DNA from: a virus | Virus record (IMG/VR): IMGVR_UViG_3300032897_000002 | Coordinates: 17,533 to 81,532 of that record | DNA: 64,000 nucleotides | Strand: one strand, 5' to 3' | Shown: piece by piece, positions 18,287 through 29,503 of the stretch | Layout: every line of letters starts with the position of its first letter | Numbering within the stretch: the first letter of the stretch is position 1 | Notes under the pieces: generated by a model | What the model saw: only the letters and a program-made list of their open reading frames with translations | Told to the model about the DNA's origin: nothing | Databases searched by the model: none | Program-made: the position numbers and the translations under genes

Positions 18287-18904
18287 TCACCGAACCGGCG
18301 TGATGCTGATTGCTCCACTATAAGGACGCACTAGATTATCGGTACTGGCTGGTGTAATCCATGCACCGCCGCACGGATTCGCAGGCGCAGGCTCGGGCTT
18401 GGCAGGCACGATGAACTTGAAGTCGTGGGTGAAGTCGAAGCGGGGCGGGTTATTCATGTTCTCGATGCCTTCTTCGTTCCAACCTTTTCGGATGCGGCGT
18501 TCCTTGCCGATCTGTTCATCGGCCTCTTTCTTTTTAATTCGATATTTGGCAAGGTCTTGTTCGGAAAAACAAAATCCGTCAGTTGGGGCTCTTCCGTCAG
18601 CGCACTGAACTGCCTTTTCCCCTGTCATCCCATTAAAAGTAGTAGCACTACTGGGGTTGCTGATTAACGACCATTCGGTAGCAGGGGTGTAATGCTGCTG
18701 GCTCGCCTCCGGGTCCTTGGGCTCAACGGTCAGGTACTTCTCGCTGATTTGCTTCTGGACGGCCGCCCAATCCTTCTGGGCCGCAATCATGCGCTCGTAA
18801 ACCTGCTTGGCATGGCTTGCGTCCTCGGGTGATAGCTGGACCACGTATGCCTCCTGGCCGTAGGCGCAGAAGCAGAAGGCGAAGAGAAATATCAGGTGTT
18901 TCAT
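18287..18904 (-). CDS. Secreted hypothetical protein
   Basis: Signal peptide MKHLIFLFAFCFCAYG, SD AGGAG. Confidence 0.6.
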   Translation of the reverse strand: MKHLIFLFAFCFCAYGQEAYVVQLSPEDASHAKQVYERMIAAQKDWAAVQKQISEKYLTVEPKDPEASQQHYTPATEWSLISNPSSATTFNGMTGEKAVQCADGRAPTDGFCFSEQDLAKYRIKKKEADEQIGKERRIRKGWNEEGIENMNNPPRFDFTHDFKFIVPAKPEPAPANPCGGAWITPASTDNLVRPYSGAISITPVR

Positions 18905-18930
18905 GACGGGCTCCTTTCAAGATATTCGAT

Positions 18931-19769
18931 CTATTCCCAGCACGTTATTACATGACGGGCTTGCTTGTGGAGTACAGGGTATTTTTCTCTTTCGTCCGGG
19001 CTCACAAATTCTCTCTCCTCGATGTCGTCTTCCTTGGCGCTCCACGTTGAGAGTTTGACATGAGGGCCAGAGAAGCATTTTCTCCCGAACAATCTCGCCG
19101 TTTTAGAACTACCGACATCGCAAGCTCCGCAGGTTCTCGAAAATCCCCACTGACGGTAACAAATCTTGATGCCGCATGACATACAGATAAACGGTGCCGT
19201 AAATCTCCAGCCTCGATATTCAAACCCTGTATCTTCGGGAAGTCGGGAATGGACAAATCCCGGCCCGCAGTAGAAGCAACTTGGATGTTCCGCTGTCGGT
19301 TTATGATATCCTTTGCAGTCCGCGCAATAAGATTCCATGTCTCGTGCCAGGAATTCCCGCCATGATTTTGCTAGTGGAGATTTCCTGTCTGCCACAAGTT
19401 CTTTATGAAGTTGATCTGGGCTTATATTGTTTTGCACGCAGAATTCTTGCCTTATTTTTTCAAACTGATCTTGGCCTCGCCTTTCATGGGCACCGTTCCG
19501 TTCGCGCATGGCCTCGAACTGTTCTTTTCGAATCCTGGCCTCATCCTGCCAAAGCCTGTACTCGGCTGCGTCAGATAGCTGTTCAATGCTGATTTTCCTT
19601 CCGTTGTTTGGGCAGCCAAAGGACATGCACCGATAACCAGAGATTTTTATCAGGCCAATTTCTTTAATCATGTTTCTGCCACAGGAAGGACAGGAAACTT
19701 CAGGGGCCGTACCACAATCTTTAATTCCTGCTTCGAGAAGCCGCGAGAATTCAGAGAAATCCGATGCCA
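18931..19769 (-). CDS. Cys-rich multi-zinc-finger hypothetical protein
   Basis: Several CxxC pairs. The start position is approximate. Confidence 0.5.
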
Positions 19770-20409
19770 TAGTCATCCCCTTTCGATACCCCCGCCATTC
19801 AGCAGGGAGTACCGGTACCCGCCAAAGGTGGCATTTGACAAGGACTGGCCACAAGATGTGTAATAGTGGTGAGGACAGAGATGAACGGTATTAACCATCG
19901 TCCAGCTAAAGAGCCTTTATCAAATATTGCTTTCCAAGCAGAAGTCAAAAAGTGGCTTCGCGGTAACGAGATTGTTTATAATTTTCTTCAGAAGGGAATT
20001 CCTCCACCTAAGCGTGGAATTCCTCTGAGAGTCCAAAAAGCGCTGCGACACAGGCGGCACTTCTTTAGATTGCTTGATTCCATAAAGGAATGAAACCCAC
20101 CTTTCAAAATACTCTCTCGCAGGCCCCCTGCACGAAAGATGGACGCCCCTCGACGTGGCTTCGGCCACTGCGGAATTGTCGATGTGGATTGGTTGATGTC
20201 GGCATGAACCCAAAGCACCTTGGGAGGAGAGGCAAAGGGTGCTCTTCGCCTCTCCTGAATCCCTGGACTCGCGTCCCCTGTTCGATGCAGGAGACACCCC
20301 AAGATAAAATCTGCGCGATGGAATTGTCAAGCTCATTCTTTCGTCGGTAGTGTCTCAGTTTGAATTTTCTTGTCCTTGACTGAGGCAGCGAGCCTGCGAT
20401 AATGGGAGC

Positions 20410-20631
20410 ATGTCACAGAGACCCCGCGACCAGAACCAGCTTGCCAAGCTGATTGTGGATATTGCCACCGGACAGGCAGAGGATGCGGATAGTGAGGCCA
20501 AGCGACACCCAGAGAGCGTCAGAGGTAGGGCCGGAGGAATTGCAGGCGGAGTGGCAAGAGCGAAAACAATTTCAGCCAAGAAACGCTCCGCAATTGCGAT
20601 GAAAGCAGCTAAATCTCGCTGGAAATCTTAG
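20410..20631 (+). CDS. Small basic protein associated with the IS1-family transposase
   Basis: RPRDQNQLAKLIVDIATG...GG.ARA...KRSAIA.KAA.SRW, with promoter TTGACT-17-GATAAT immediately upstream. Confidence 0.7.
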   Translation: MSQRPRDQNQLAKLIVDIATGQAEDADSEAKRHPESVRGRAGGIAGGVARAKTISAKKRSAIAMKAAKSRWKS

Positions 20632-20634
20632 CGT

Positions 20635-21378
20635 TCATTGAACAATATCACGGATACGATCTGTGAACCGTTTTAGGGCTGCCTCCCTTTGCTGCTCACT
20701 CGCATTTGAATTCATCACATCGAAAAAGAACTGTTTCAGGAAAAACTCTGCCATGAGCACATCTTGCTCCATGGTTGGGGTCATGGTGGAGCACTCGCGC
20801 AGGCTGCCGCCCGGTAACAGTTCAATCAGGTTAGTATCTCCTCCGCAGCCATCCACAAAGGCTTTTGCCTTAGCCACAAAATATGTCGCAATAACTGCCG
20901 CAGTCTTTATGGTTAGATGGAAAGGGCCGGATAAGAAAAGTGATTCTAGGTACCGGACTATTGAGCTATCCCCTACACCGACGTAATCATACAGAGGAAC
21001 CTCATTAACCGTTATTTTCGATGTTTTGATTAACTGCAAATCGCTGCCGATGGACAAACCGAATAGAGTAAAGAGTCCGTAAGGGTTGGGCATGATGACG
21101 TTCTTCATTCTTGCCAAAGTGGTTTCGATTAGCTTCCTGGTGTTGTGCCCGGTGGGAATATAGTCTGCCTTGCCCATAGAATCGACCAGCCTGTCCTTGA
21201 ACATCATCATTAAGTCAGGATCACCAGCAAAGGTGAAGCAAGCCCAGCCACCCGCACTCGGAAGTTCAATTTCACAAATCTTATTTTGGTGGAATTTGTG
21301 AGAGCCTTGGAAGGTTATTTGAGTGTCCGAACACAGAACGATCCCGTCTACGCACTTAAATCCGACCCCTATAGTCAC
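20635..21378 (-). CDS. Proteasome beta-subunit-like Ntn threonine protease
   Basis: GTG start after SD AGGAGG gives M-TIGVGFKCVDGIVLCSDTQIT...KI...FAGD...GVGDS...GCGG, with Thr1, Asp17 and Lys at the Ntn positions. Confidence 0.7.
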   Translation of the reverse strand: MTIGVGFKCVDGIVLCSDTQITFQGSHKFHQNKICEIELPSAGGWACFTFAGDPDLMMMFKDRLVDSMGKADYIPTGHNTRKLIETTLARMKNVIMPNPYGLFTLFGLSIGSDLQLIKTSKITVNEVPLYDYVGVGDSSIVRYLESLFLSGPFHLTIKTAAVIATYFVAKAKAFVDGCGGDTNLIELLPGGSLRECSTMTPTMEQDVLMAEFFLKQFFFDVMNSNASEQQREAALKRFTDRIRDIVQ

Positions 21379-21658
21379 AAGTTTCCTCCTTGCGAATTGC
21401 AGCGGATTGGGCCGGAAATGAGTCAGCGGGTTCTTCGGCAATTCAACTTTGACTATAGACACAGCTACCCTCACTGGTATAGATTAGAAACCAGCTAGGG
21501 CAGCGCTCCGGTTGATTGCCTTCAACCCCTTGCGCGACCACTCCGAGGATTTCCAGTCAAGTGAATCGTAACAGCTTTCGGGTCACACCGAAAGCTTTTA
21601 CATTTCAAACTGAACTTTGTGCTTGACAAGCAATTATTCGTCAAGCATAATATTCAGT

Positions 21659-22525
21659 ATGAACCGACTACCCATTGAAGACCGCGCACGAATAATTGGA
21701 ATGTTAATTGAGGGAATGAGCCTCCGCGCCACCAGTCGGCTGGCCGATGTTTCGATTAATACTGTCACAAAACTTCTAGTAGAAGTTGGCATCGCATCTG
21801 CCGAATATCAGGACCGGACCCTGCGCAAACTCAAGTGCAAAAGGATTCAATGCGACGAGATTTGGGCGTTTGTCTACGCCAAAGAGAAGAACGTCCCCAG
21901 TAAATTGAAAGGCAAGTTTGGCTTCGGAGATGTCTGGACCTGGACAGCGATTGACGCTGACACCAAACTGGTTCCCTCCTTCATGGTAGGCAACCGCGAC
22001 GCGCAGACCGCGAACATCTTCATTGACGATCTCAAAAGCCGACTAGCGAACCGCGTGCAACTCACCACCGATGGCCTCAAGGTTTACTTGGAAGCGGTTG
22101 AGGGCGCATTCGGAGCTGACATCGACTACGCCCAACTGGTAAAGATTTATGGTGCCACGCAGGAGGAAGTACGGTACTCGCCTGCCGAATGCTTGGGCTG
22201 CGAAACCAAACGAGTCCAGGGCCATCCTGATCCCAAACACATTTCGACAAGTTATGTTGAACGCCAGAATCTCACGATGCGAATGGGGATGCGCCGCTTC
22301 ACTCGCCTGACTAACGCCTTCTCAAAGAAAGTCGAGAACCACGCCTACCAGGTGGCCCTTCACTTCATGTACTACAATTTCGCCAGAATCCACCAGACCT
22401 TGCGATGCACTCCGGCAATGGAAGCTGGAGTATCCGACCATGTTTGGAGTATCAAGGAAATCGCGGCGCTCCTGCCAGAGCCGACATTCGGACCGCGCGG
22501 ACCGTATAGGAAGAGGGATAAATGA
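21659..22525 (+). CDS. IS1-family DDE transposase (single ORF)
   Basis: HTH, then QCDEIW, TTDG, STSYVERQNLTMRM..RRFTRLTNAFSKK, YNF.R.H.TL..TPAM. Confidence 0.92.
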   Translation: MNRLPIEDRARIIGMLIEGMSLRATSRLADVSINTVTKLLVEVGIASAEYQDRTLRKLKCKRIQCDEIWAFVYAKEKNVPSKLKGKFGFGDVWTWTAIDADTKLVPSFMVGNRDAQTANIFIDDLKSRLANRVQLTTDGLKVYLEAVEGAFGADIDYAQLVKIYGATQEEVRYSPAECLGCETKRVQGHPDPKHISTSYVERQNLTMRMGMRRFTRLTNAFSKKVENHAYQVALHFMYYNFARIHQTLRCTPAMEAGVSDHVWSIKEIAALLPEPTFGPRGPYRKRDK

Positions 22526-22809
22526 CAGACAAACTGACACTCAAAGAGATGGTTCTTCAGCTTCTCCAAGCTCTCGAATATGACCAATGCCGAACCGCAG
22601 CCATGGCGAAGATTCTGACTGATTGCCCCGACAGAATAACTAGGGCAACATGGCCAGCGAAGGTCAAGAAACTCATAAACGACCCCGCATTGAGGGAGGC
22701 CGTTCATTCCTCATTTGAGCCAATCTACGCCCACATACGCGAAGCACCTGACGGGATGGGCCTTGCCGAATTGCTTGCGAAATTGCCAACAAAAGGGAGA
22801 ATAAATTAG
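22522..22809 (+). CDS. Hypothetical passenger protein
   Basis: ATGA overlap with the transposase stop. Confidence 0.55.
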   Translation: MTDKLTLKEMVLQLLQALEYDQCRTAAMAKILTDCPDRITRATWPAKVKKLINDPALREAVHSSFEPIYAHIREAPDGMGLAELLAKLPTKGRIN

Positions 22810-22880
22810 TTGGTTTCTTAATCTTTGGCATTGGACGCAACTCCGTGATACTCTGAGTTTGCCCGACCCAAAGTCCGAAA

Positions 22881-22912
22881 GGCCCCGACTGCGAATCGGG
22901 GCTTTTTCTTTT
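22881..22912 (+). terminator. Intrinsic terminator
   Basis: GGCCCCGA-CTGCGAA-TCGGGGCT followed by a T-tract. Confidence 0.75.
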
Positions 22913-24195
22913 TATACCACGCCTGTCAAATTACAAGCGTATAATCCCGGCCCATGAGTCCTTCTGATCTCCCCTGGTGGGCATGGCTGTTCGGCGGATT
23001 AGCAGGCTTTATTGCGGGGCTCGCGATAAAAGCGGAGTGCGACGGTCTCTTATTGAAACTCCTTGGGATGCTGCTTGCCGTTGCTAGTTTCCTGTCTATA
23101 ATCATCGGTATTGTGCGGCTTATCAAGTGGGCTTGGGTTGGGTGAATAACCCGCTCAAATGGAGATACAACGCTATGTTAGAATTTGCCTTTCTTTTCGC
23201 CGTTCTCTTGCTCGCGGTAATTGTAAGGTGCATCTCCTTGATGCGGCGCCAGTGCTTGGCGTGCAGGCGCGAGAAGAGAAGCGGCGAGCGGGCGGCCGGC
23301 GTCTCGATGTCGGGGGCGCGACCAAAGATTCACCAGGTCTTGGGGATGTCGCGGGTGTCAGGCATATTTTCTCCTCAATCTTTCTCAGTCGCAAAATGAA
23401 CCAATTGAACCAGAAAAAGACACGCTATGGCGGTGGAGAATCCTGGGTCCCAACCCTTCCATACCCCCACGGAAACGCCCACCAAAAGAGCAGCGCATAT
23501 TGCGAGGAATTGGGATTTTATTCGGTTCGTCATGCTCGCTTGGACTCCTTCTCCTTCCAAAGTTCCTTCATGGTCGCCAGTTCGCGTTGCAGCTTCGAGC
23601 ACTCCAAGAACTTGGAGATGAACAGCCGATGTAAACGCTCCCAGGCTTCTGTGGCGCGGTCACGCTGCCAGGCGACCTCGGCTAGTTCGGCGCGGAGGCG
23701 CGTGATCTCGGGAGTGATGAGGAGCTTGCGGAGCCAGGTCATCAGTAAATCCTCCGGTGTCCGGGGAACTCAGACTCCTCCACTTCAAAGTGTGGCGGGG
23801 CCTCCAGTGGTAAGCCGCGCCCGTAGTGCTTCATGAAAATATCGTGCTCGGTTCCCTTGCGGTAACTCATCCTCAGACCGCACCACTTGCACCACTTTTG
23901 ATAATCGCCATCAGGAGCAATCGGGCCGATCTCCGGGGCGTAGTGCCAGTCAAAGCGATGGGCAAGGCGCATAAAGGGGCGGTAGAGGCCAAACCATTTC
24001 ATCAGTAAATCCTCCGCATCAGGTCACGCACGAAACGCCACTGGGACGCGAGAACTTGGGTGAGCGTCCGGGGTTGCTCCCAGGTAGAATCGACCCAAGC
24101 GAGAATGGTCATTGCAAAGTAGAGGACGACTAATACAGTGGCAAGCGCAATGGAAAATCCGGCAAATTCCGCGAAAAATGACAGGTTTTGCATCG

Positions 24196-25023
24196 TCACT
24201 CCTTCCGCTCCTTGAGCATCTGCATCTCAACGAGGCAGTCCAGTTCACCGCGCAGGGCTCCGTCTTGGTCGGGGCCGGAGTAGCTGAGACATTCTTGGCG
24301 CATCTTCTCGGTGCGGTCGAACAGGGACGGCTGTGCTTCCACCAGCGCGATCCGCTCGCGGGCGATGCGGCAGTATTCCTCGCTGATTTCAAAGCCCAGG
24401 AAGTGGCGGGAAGAATGTTTAGCAGCTTGCAGCGTGGTGCCTGACCCCACAAAGCAGTCGAGAACAACACCATCACCGGGAACGCAGACATCGACCAACT
24501 CCTGCATCAACTCCGTGGGCTTCTGCACTGGATGCTCCCTTTCCGAAGATTCGGTTGCTGAATAGCGCAAGATGTCCGAATGTAAATCGCCGTTTCCCTT
24601 GGAAAAGGCCCCGGAGTTAGACGCCCAAAGAATCAGTTCAAACTGGTGGCGGAAGATGCGCCCAAGACCAACGCGCATTTTGTCCCAAACGAGTGCAACC
24701 GAGAAGTCCCACCATCCATAGGCAACTGGATAGAACACTGGATAGGATTCATCGTTACAGAAACAAAGGAGGTTGCCCTTTGTTTTAAGAACCCGCTTCC
24801 ACTCTTGGCACCAATCGAAGAAGCACTGACCAAGAATGCTCAAATCTCCCCAGCATCGGCCCCAAGAAATACGAGACTGATAATGAGATGCCGGGGCAAA
24901 AAACGGCGGGTCAGTTATCACCGCATCTATGCACCGATCCGGCAGCGCCTTCATGAGTTCCAGGCAATCCCCGCAGACCACCGAGCAGCAGTCATACGGC
25001 CCGAGTTTGCGCCCACAACTCAT
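24196..25023 (-). CDS. DNA methyltransferase (N6-adenine/N4-cytosine, beta class)
   Basis: GDCLELMKAL..IDAVITDPPF...HPVQKP...VLDCFVGSGTT...GFEI. Confidence 0.92.
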   Translation of the reverse strand: MSCGRKLGPYDCCSVVCGDCLELMKALPDRCIDAVITDPPFFAPASHYQSRISWGRCWGDLSILGQCFFDWCQEWKRVLKTKGNLLCFCNDESYPVFYPVAYGWWDFSVALVWDKMRVGLGRIFRHQFELILWASNSGAFSKGNGDLHSDILRYSATESSEREHPVQKPTELMQELVDVCVPGDGVVLDCFVGSGTTLQAAKHSSRHFLGFEISEEYCRIARERIALVEAQPSLFDRTEKMRQECLSYSGPDQDGALRGELDCLVEMQMLKERKE

Positions 25024-25949
25024 CGCTTCACCTGCGGACCGCGCCACAACTCCCGCTGCGAGTCCCATCGGTAGCCGAGACGCTCGATACGCTTCTGGGC
25101 TTGGACCGCACGCTTGAGCAGGTCTGGCATCGCCAGGGGACCGGCCCCGTTGTGCGGCTGCGCCTTGATGTACCGCTCGATCTCGCGCCGGAGGTGCATG
25201 AGGGTGGGTTGGCGGGGCATTAAATGTCCTTCCCATCCAGCAGCTTTATCTTGCGCAGTTTCCCGAGGTAATGCTCCTGACCCACCGTGCAGAATCCCAG
25301 TTGAGCCAGAACTGTGCGCAGGCTCTTTGCGGCTATGGTGACCCGACCCCGGATGAACTCAGCGCTTCCACTCTTTTGATCTCGGCTGAGAACATCTAGG
25401 GCATCTCTAGTGGCAGCTTCGACTATAAGCAGTTCACGTTCAATCTCGCCGCGCAGGAAGAACAGGGCTCTTTCGGACTTCTTGATTCTGGGCATTACTC
25501 CATCCCCTCTCGTGCGTGCTCAACGTGAATCGTGCGGACAGCCGGGCACTTGCAGCAGCGCTGAAAGACGTGGTGGGCCGGCATGGGCTCATCGGGCGGC
25601 GGCTCGTGGTAGTGCCAGCAGTGCGAGCAGGGGTCACGGTGCGTGTCTTTCATGGATCACCTCACTTCCCCATCCTGACGTAGAGCCGCGCCACAAAGAA
25701 GGCGGGCCACATTGGAATACCCAGCAGAGCCGCAAGCAATCGGACTGCAAGGCGCCCCTTGCGGTTGTCTCGTTCAGCCACGATGATGACGCCTGTCCAG
25801 AGGTAGAGGAAGAGCAGGAAGTATCTCACTTCGGCCCCCTTCCGAGCTTGCGCAACTGGCGCTCGACGTACCAGACGAATAGGGCGGCTTCGAGGCAGAT
25901 GACCGCAGCGGAGATTAGAAAGGCTTCGATCACGGTTAGGTCCATCGCT

Positions 25950-26498
25950 TCAAATCCCCCTTGCCGGGTTGCGGTGGCCCATCGCCTTGCACTGAAAGCA
26001 GCCGTACAGACGGCAGGTCAGCGGGTCGTGTTTGGCTGGCTTCGGCTCGTCGTAGGCTTCAATGATGTCTGCCGGGTCGGGCTCCCAGGCGGCATTGTGC
26101 GGCACTCCAGCGGGGCGCGTAGGGTCGGGTGGCTCGTCATCCTCTCGCAGCATCGGGGCTCCGATGTCCTGCGGGTCAATGACAGCCGGCTTGCGCTTCT
26201 TGAGACGCTCAAGGAATGGCTCTCTCGTGGGTTTTGGTTGCCCGCCTTCGGGGCGTGTTTGTGCGGATGCGTCCCCCGCTACAGCATTCGCGTCCCGCAT
26301 TGTTGGCAGACTCCCATCACGAAGTTGTGATTCAAGCATGGCGCGATCATGGCTATCACCCCCCTTTATCGGACTGTTCCAATCGGTGCGCTTGCAGCGT
26401 GGGCAGACCTTCGGCAGCGTCCCGTAACGCGGTTTCCATGTGTATTTGCAGCGTTCGCAGACCAGAGAGTCTACCGTCTCGCGGGTTATCACTGCCAT
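25950..26498 (-). CDS. Zinc-ribbon protein, probable regulator
   Basis: CERCKYTW.PR...PKVCPRCKRTDW, directly downstream of TTGACA-17-TATACG. Confidence 0.6.
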   Translation of the reverse strand: MAVITRETVDSLVCERCKYTWKPRYGTLPKVCPRCKRTDWNSPIKGGDSHDRAMLESQLRDGSLPTMRDANAVAGDASAQTRPEGGQPKPTREPFLERLKKRKPAVIDPQDIGAPMLREDDEPPDPTRPAGVPHNAAWEPDPADIIEAYDEPKPAKHDPLTCRLYGCFQCKAMGHRNPARGI

Positions 26499-26537
26499 AC
26501 CTATACGTATAAAGGCGGGCTGAGTCGATGTCAAGCC

Positions 26538-28136
26538 CTATCTGTTCCCCTCTCGAAACCACTCCGGGGCGTAATCGACCTCGACCACGTACTTCTTTTC
26601 CTTGGCCATGTGCTGCATCAGATACAGGTCTCGCTGGACTGGATCACCGATCAGGGCCGCGTGGGCTTGGGTCTGAATGTCCTCCGGCATCTCGGCAAAA
26701 CGCACCGGGCCGGCAAAGGTCAGCGCGAGGGCGTCTCCTTCGTCGGGGGATTTCAGGCCGCGTTTCTTCATGCTCTCTTTGGACTCCAGAATCAACTTGC
26801 CGTTGGCCTTGGAAGCTCCGTAGCCAACCTGGGTCAAGTCCTGCTCCAGGTCGGGGCTGTGCGGGATAGCGCCTTGTGGCAGCCAGGCCCGCATACGCCA
26901 CCACATAGCCGCCCGCATGTTCTCGCAGTGTGCCTCTGCGGATGAGCCGCTGAACTGCACTCCCACAATCCGCACGCCATGGCCTTTATCGGGCCAACTC
27001 TCCACCACCGCCCGCAGGCGGTCCCCGATAGGTCCGCCGATGGAGCCGCCCGTTTCATCAATAAAAACCATGTCTGGCCAGCGCTCGCGGATCACGTCAG
27101 CTAGGAGCGACACCATAATGCCGGTGTCCCGCGTCTTCTCGCCCGGTACCATCAGCCAGGGAATCGACCGCGCATCCTGCCCGCGCCGGAAGGCAATCAC
27201 GTTGCGGTCGTCGCCGCCCCGCGCCAGGTCCACGCCCATCAACAGCGGGTCAAGGGATTCATCAACGTGCCGCGTCATGGCGCCATAAACCCGGTCTGAG
27301 TCGATAAAGGACGCATCGCCGGCCCGTGGGAACTCACCGCGCACCCGGACGCGCACAAAGTCGCTATCCTCGCCCCAGTCCTCAACCCATTGTTGGAATT
27401 GCTCTTTATTGGTACCGTCAACTGTACGGCTGTCAATCTGATAGGTCTTCCAGCGGTGCGAATGGCGGCCGAAACACTCACGGAAGCGGCCGGTTGATCT
27501 TGAAGGGTTCCCGAAGGCCAGCCAGATTATCTCTGTGCCGGTGTCGGTCTGCGCACCTTCGGCAGCAGCCCAGATACTATCCGCTATCGCGCTTGCCTCA
27601 TCGAATACTAGCACGATCCGGCTGCCCTGGTTGTGCATTCCCTGAAAGGCTTCTGAATTGTGCTCCGTCCACGGCACCAAGTCTGCCCGCCAGTCGGCCG
27701 GCGACTCTTTAACGGCTAAAGTGGTGCCGGTCAACGCCATCCAGTGGCTATTGATGGCGCGATTGAGCCAGATGTTAAGCTCTGGCCGGGTCTTTGTGCG
27801 TAGCTGTACCTCAGTGTTGGCGGTGACCGTAGCGCGGGCGCGGGGGCACGTTGACAGGCCCCACAGCAGCACCATAGAGACTAGGGCAGACTTCCCGATG
27901 CCATGACCAGAGCTTACGGCAATGCGGCAGGGCTCGCCGCGCCGGTTCTGGAGATGCCAGGCGATATACTGGAGGATTTCACGCTGCCAAGGGCGTGGAC
28001 CGGGAGCACTTAGCAATTCACCTTGACCCCAGCCAAACGCTAGATGGACATATCGAAGCGGGTCGTAAGTGCAATAGCCGACTGCCTTTATAAGCTCAAG
28101 ATCGGCTTCAGTTGCCTGCGGTGAGGGCGCGGACAT
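26538..28136 (-). CDS. terL: Terminase large subunit
   Basis: Walker A SGHGIGKS, Walker B VFDEAS, FGNPS, nuclease GVDLARGGDD and SPDEGDALALTF. Confidence 0.95.
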   Translation of the reverse strand: MSAPSPQATEADLELIKAVGYCTYDPLRYVHLAFGWGQGELLSAPGPRPWQREILQYIAWHLQNRRGEPCRIAVSSGHGIGKSALVSMVLLWGLSTCPRARATVTANTEVQLRTKTRPELNIWLNRAINSHWMALTGTTLAVKESPADWRADLVPWTEHNSEAFQGMHNQGSRIVLVFDEASAIADSIWAAAEGAQTDTGTEIIWLAFGNPSRSTGRFRECFGRHSHRWKTYQIDSRTVDGTNKEQFQQWVEDWGEDSDFVRVRVRGEFPRAGDASFIDSDRVYGAMTRHVDESLDPLLMGVDLARGGDDRNVIAFRRGQDARSIPWLMVPGEKTRDTGIMVSLLADVIRERWPDMVFIDETGGSIGGPIGDRLRAVVESWPDKGHGVRIVGVQFSGSSAEAHCENMRAAMWWRMRAWLPQGAIPHSPDLEQDLTQVGYGASKANGKLILESKESMKKRGLKSPDEGDALALTFAGPVRFAEMPEDIQTQAHAALIGDPVQRDLYLMQHMAKEKKYVVEVDYAPEWFREGNR

Positions 28137-28815
28137 TGTTCTCTTCGGGGGTTTCCTGCTTAGGCATGGTTGATAATCGCTGCCGAATGACCGCTAATTG
28201 CTCAGCGATAAGAATAGGCCCACCATTAGGCCCGGAGACCTCAACCTTGGTCGGGAACAGCGCCAAATGCTTCCCGAGCATCTCAAGCGCTCGCAACCTG
28301 TCTGTCAGCTTGAACTTGCGCAACTGACCGAAGCAATGCTTACCGCTGCCGTCCGCCGCGTCTTCGTACAGGTTCACAAACTCAAAACCGGCCACTGCAT
28401 GGGCGCTCAGGTCATCCAGGTCTTTAATGTCCTTCGCGGTGCCTTTTTCGTCAAAGAAATCTCGAACGTCGTAAGTCGCTGATTTGGCAAGAGCTTGCAG
28501 AACGTCGTCGGCCTTCATTTCGATCTTCTTAGCCTGAATCGCCAAAAGTTCATCAATTCTTGCCCGTATTTTAGGGGTTTTTAGCAGTTTGGCAGCCGAT
28601 ACCGCCGCAGACCTTGGACTGTACCCGGCCCGAACCGCTGCGAGCATCTTCTTGCGGTCAACGATGTACTCACGGCAGAAGCGCTCTTGATTATCAGGGA
28701 GTTTCCCGCCCTTCGTCTGGGATGGCCTGCCCTTGGGTACAGTGGCCCCAGGCTGCACTTTCTCGGGTTGGTGCCCCGCTAATTGTGCGTTGCTGCTTTT
28801 CTGATCTTCGAGCAT
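28108..28815 (-). CDS. terS: Terminase small subunit
   Basis: QERFCREYIVD...AAVRAGYS...LLKTPKIRARI...ALEMLGKHL, overlapping terL. Confidence 0.92.
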   Translation of the reverse strand: MLEDQKSSNAQLAGHQPEKVQPGATVPKGRPSQTKGGKLPDNQERFCREYIVDRKKMLAAVRAGYSPRSAAVSAAKLLKTPKIRARIDELLAIQAKKIEMKADDVLQALAKSATYDVRDFFDEKGTAKDIKDLDDLSAHAVAGFEFVNLYEDAADGSGKHCFGQLRKFKLTDRLRALEMLGKHLALFPTKVEVSGPNGGPILIAEQLAVIRQRLSTMPKQETPEENNVRALTAGN

Positions 28816-29065
28816 ATAATCTAAGCCGACCTCTCAGTATGAGAGGCTCGCTCCCGGCTTGGAACAGAAAGACTCATCTGCGGAAATATATAACCCTTAT
28901 CCCGTTTGCGCTTGAAAGATCGCAGCGACGCAGAAAGTTGCTTTATCCTGTCTTTCTCCTGCCGAATCTGTTCCTCGGTGTCCGCTATCAGAACATCCCA
29001 AGAAATGTCTCCTGACCTTTCATTTTTTTCTTGACAAACGTCTCTAGACATTATAAGCTCCTTGC

Positions 29066-29503
29066 ATGACAAAGCCTGAATATAAGGAAATCGTTGATCG
29101 GCTTAGAATTAGGCTTACCGAAATCGACACCGAAAGAGCAGAACTTGACGTGCGCCGCTCCGATTTCGACCGGGAGGCCGCAAGCATTAAAGACACCCTT
29201 GCCGACCTGCTGCCGTTGTGCGGGGAAGTTGCCAATCTCGGTGATCTGAGCGGACTTGGATTCACGAACGCGATTCGCGGGGTCATGACTCTCAGGGCCG
29301 GAGAATGGATGTCCGCATCCGCAATAAAAGAAGCACTGGTTCAAGGTGGATTTGAACTCTCGACCTACACAAACCCGATGGCGAGCATCTACAAAATTCT
29401 CTCCCGTCTCAAGGAAGCCAAAGAGATTGAAGTTAAAGATGAAGGAATGAAAACGCTGTACCGAGGTAAACCTAACCTTCCGGTCGTTTCCAAGGTTAGA
29501 TGA
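29066..29503 (+). CDS. Coiled-coil plus winged-HTH-like protein upstream of the transposase
   Basis: Promoter TTGACA-17-TAAGCT; NPMASIYKILSRL helix followed by beta strands. Confidence 0.55.
   Translation: MTKPEYKEIVDRLRIRLTEIDTERAELDVRRSDFDREAASIKDTLADLLPLCGEVANLGDLSGLGFTNAIRGVMTLRAGEWMSASAIKEALVQGGFELSTYTNPMASIYKILSRLKEAKEIEVKDEGMKTLYRGKPNLPVVSKVR

Larger units (their letters stand above)
20346..22948. mobile_element. IS1-family element with passenger genes (boundaries approximate)
   Basis: Transposase, small basic protein and cargo ORFs break the phage strand bias. Candidate left end GGTAGTGTCTCAGTTTGAA, with a weakly matching right end. No target-site duplication was found. Confidence 0.5.

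Noticed and set aside
24196-25023. Restriction-modification system
   Set aside because: No adjacent restriction nuclease; orphan methyltransferases are common in phages.
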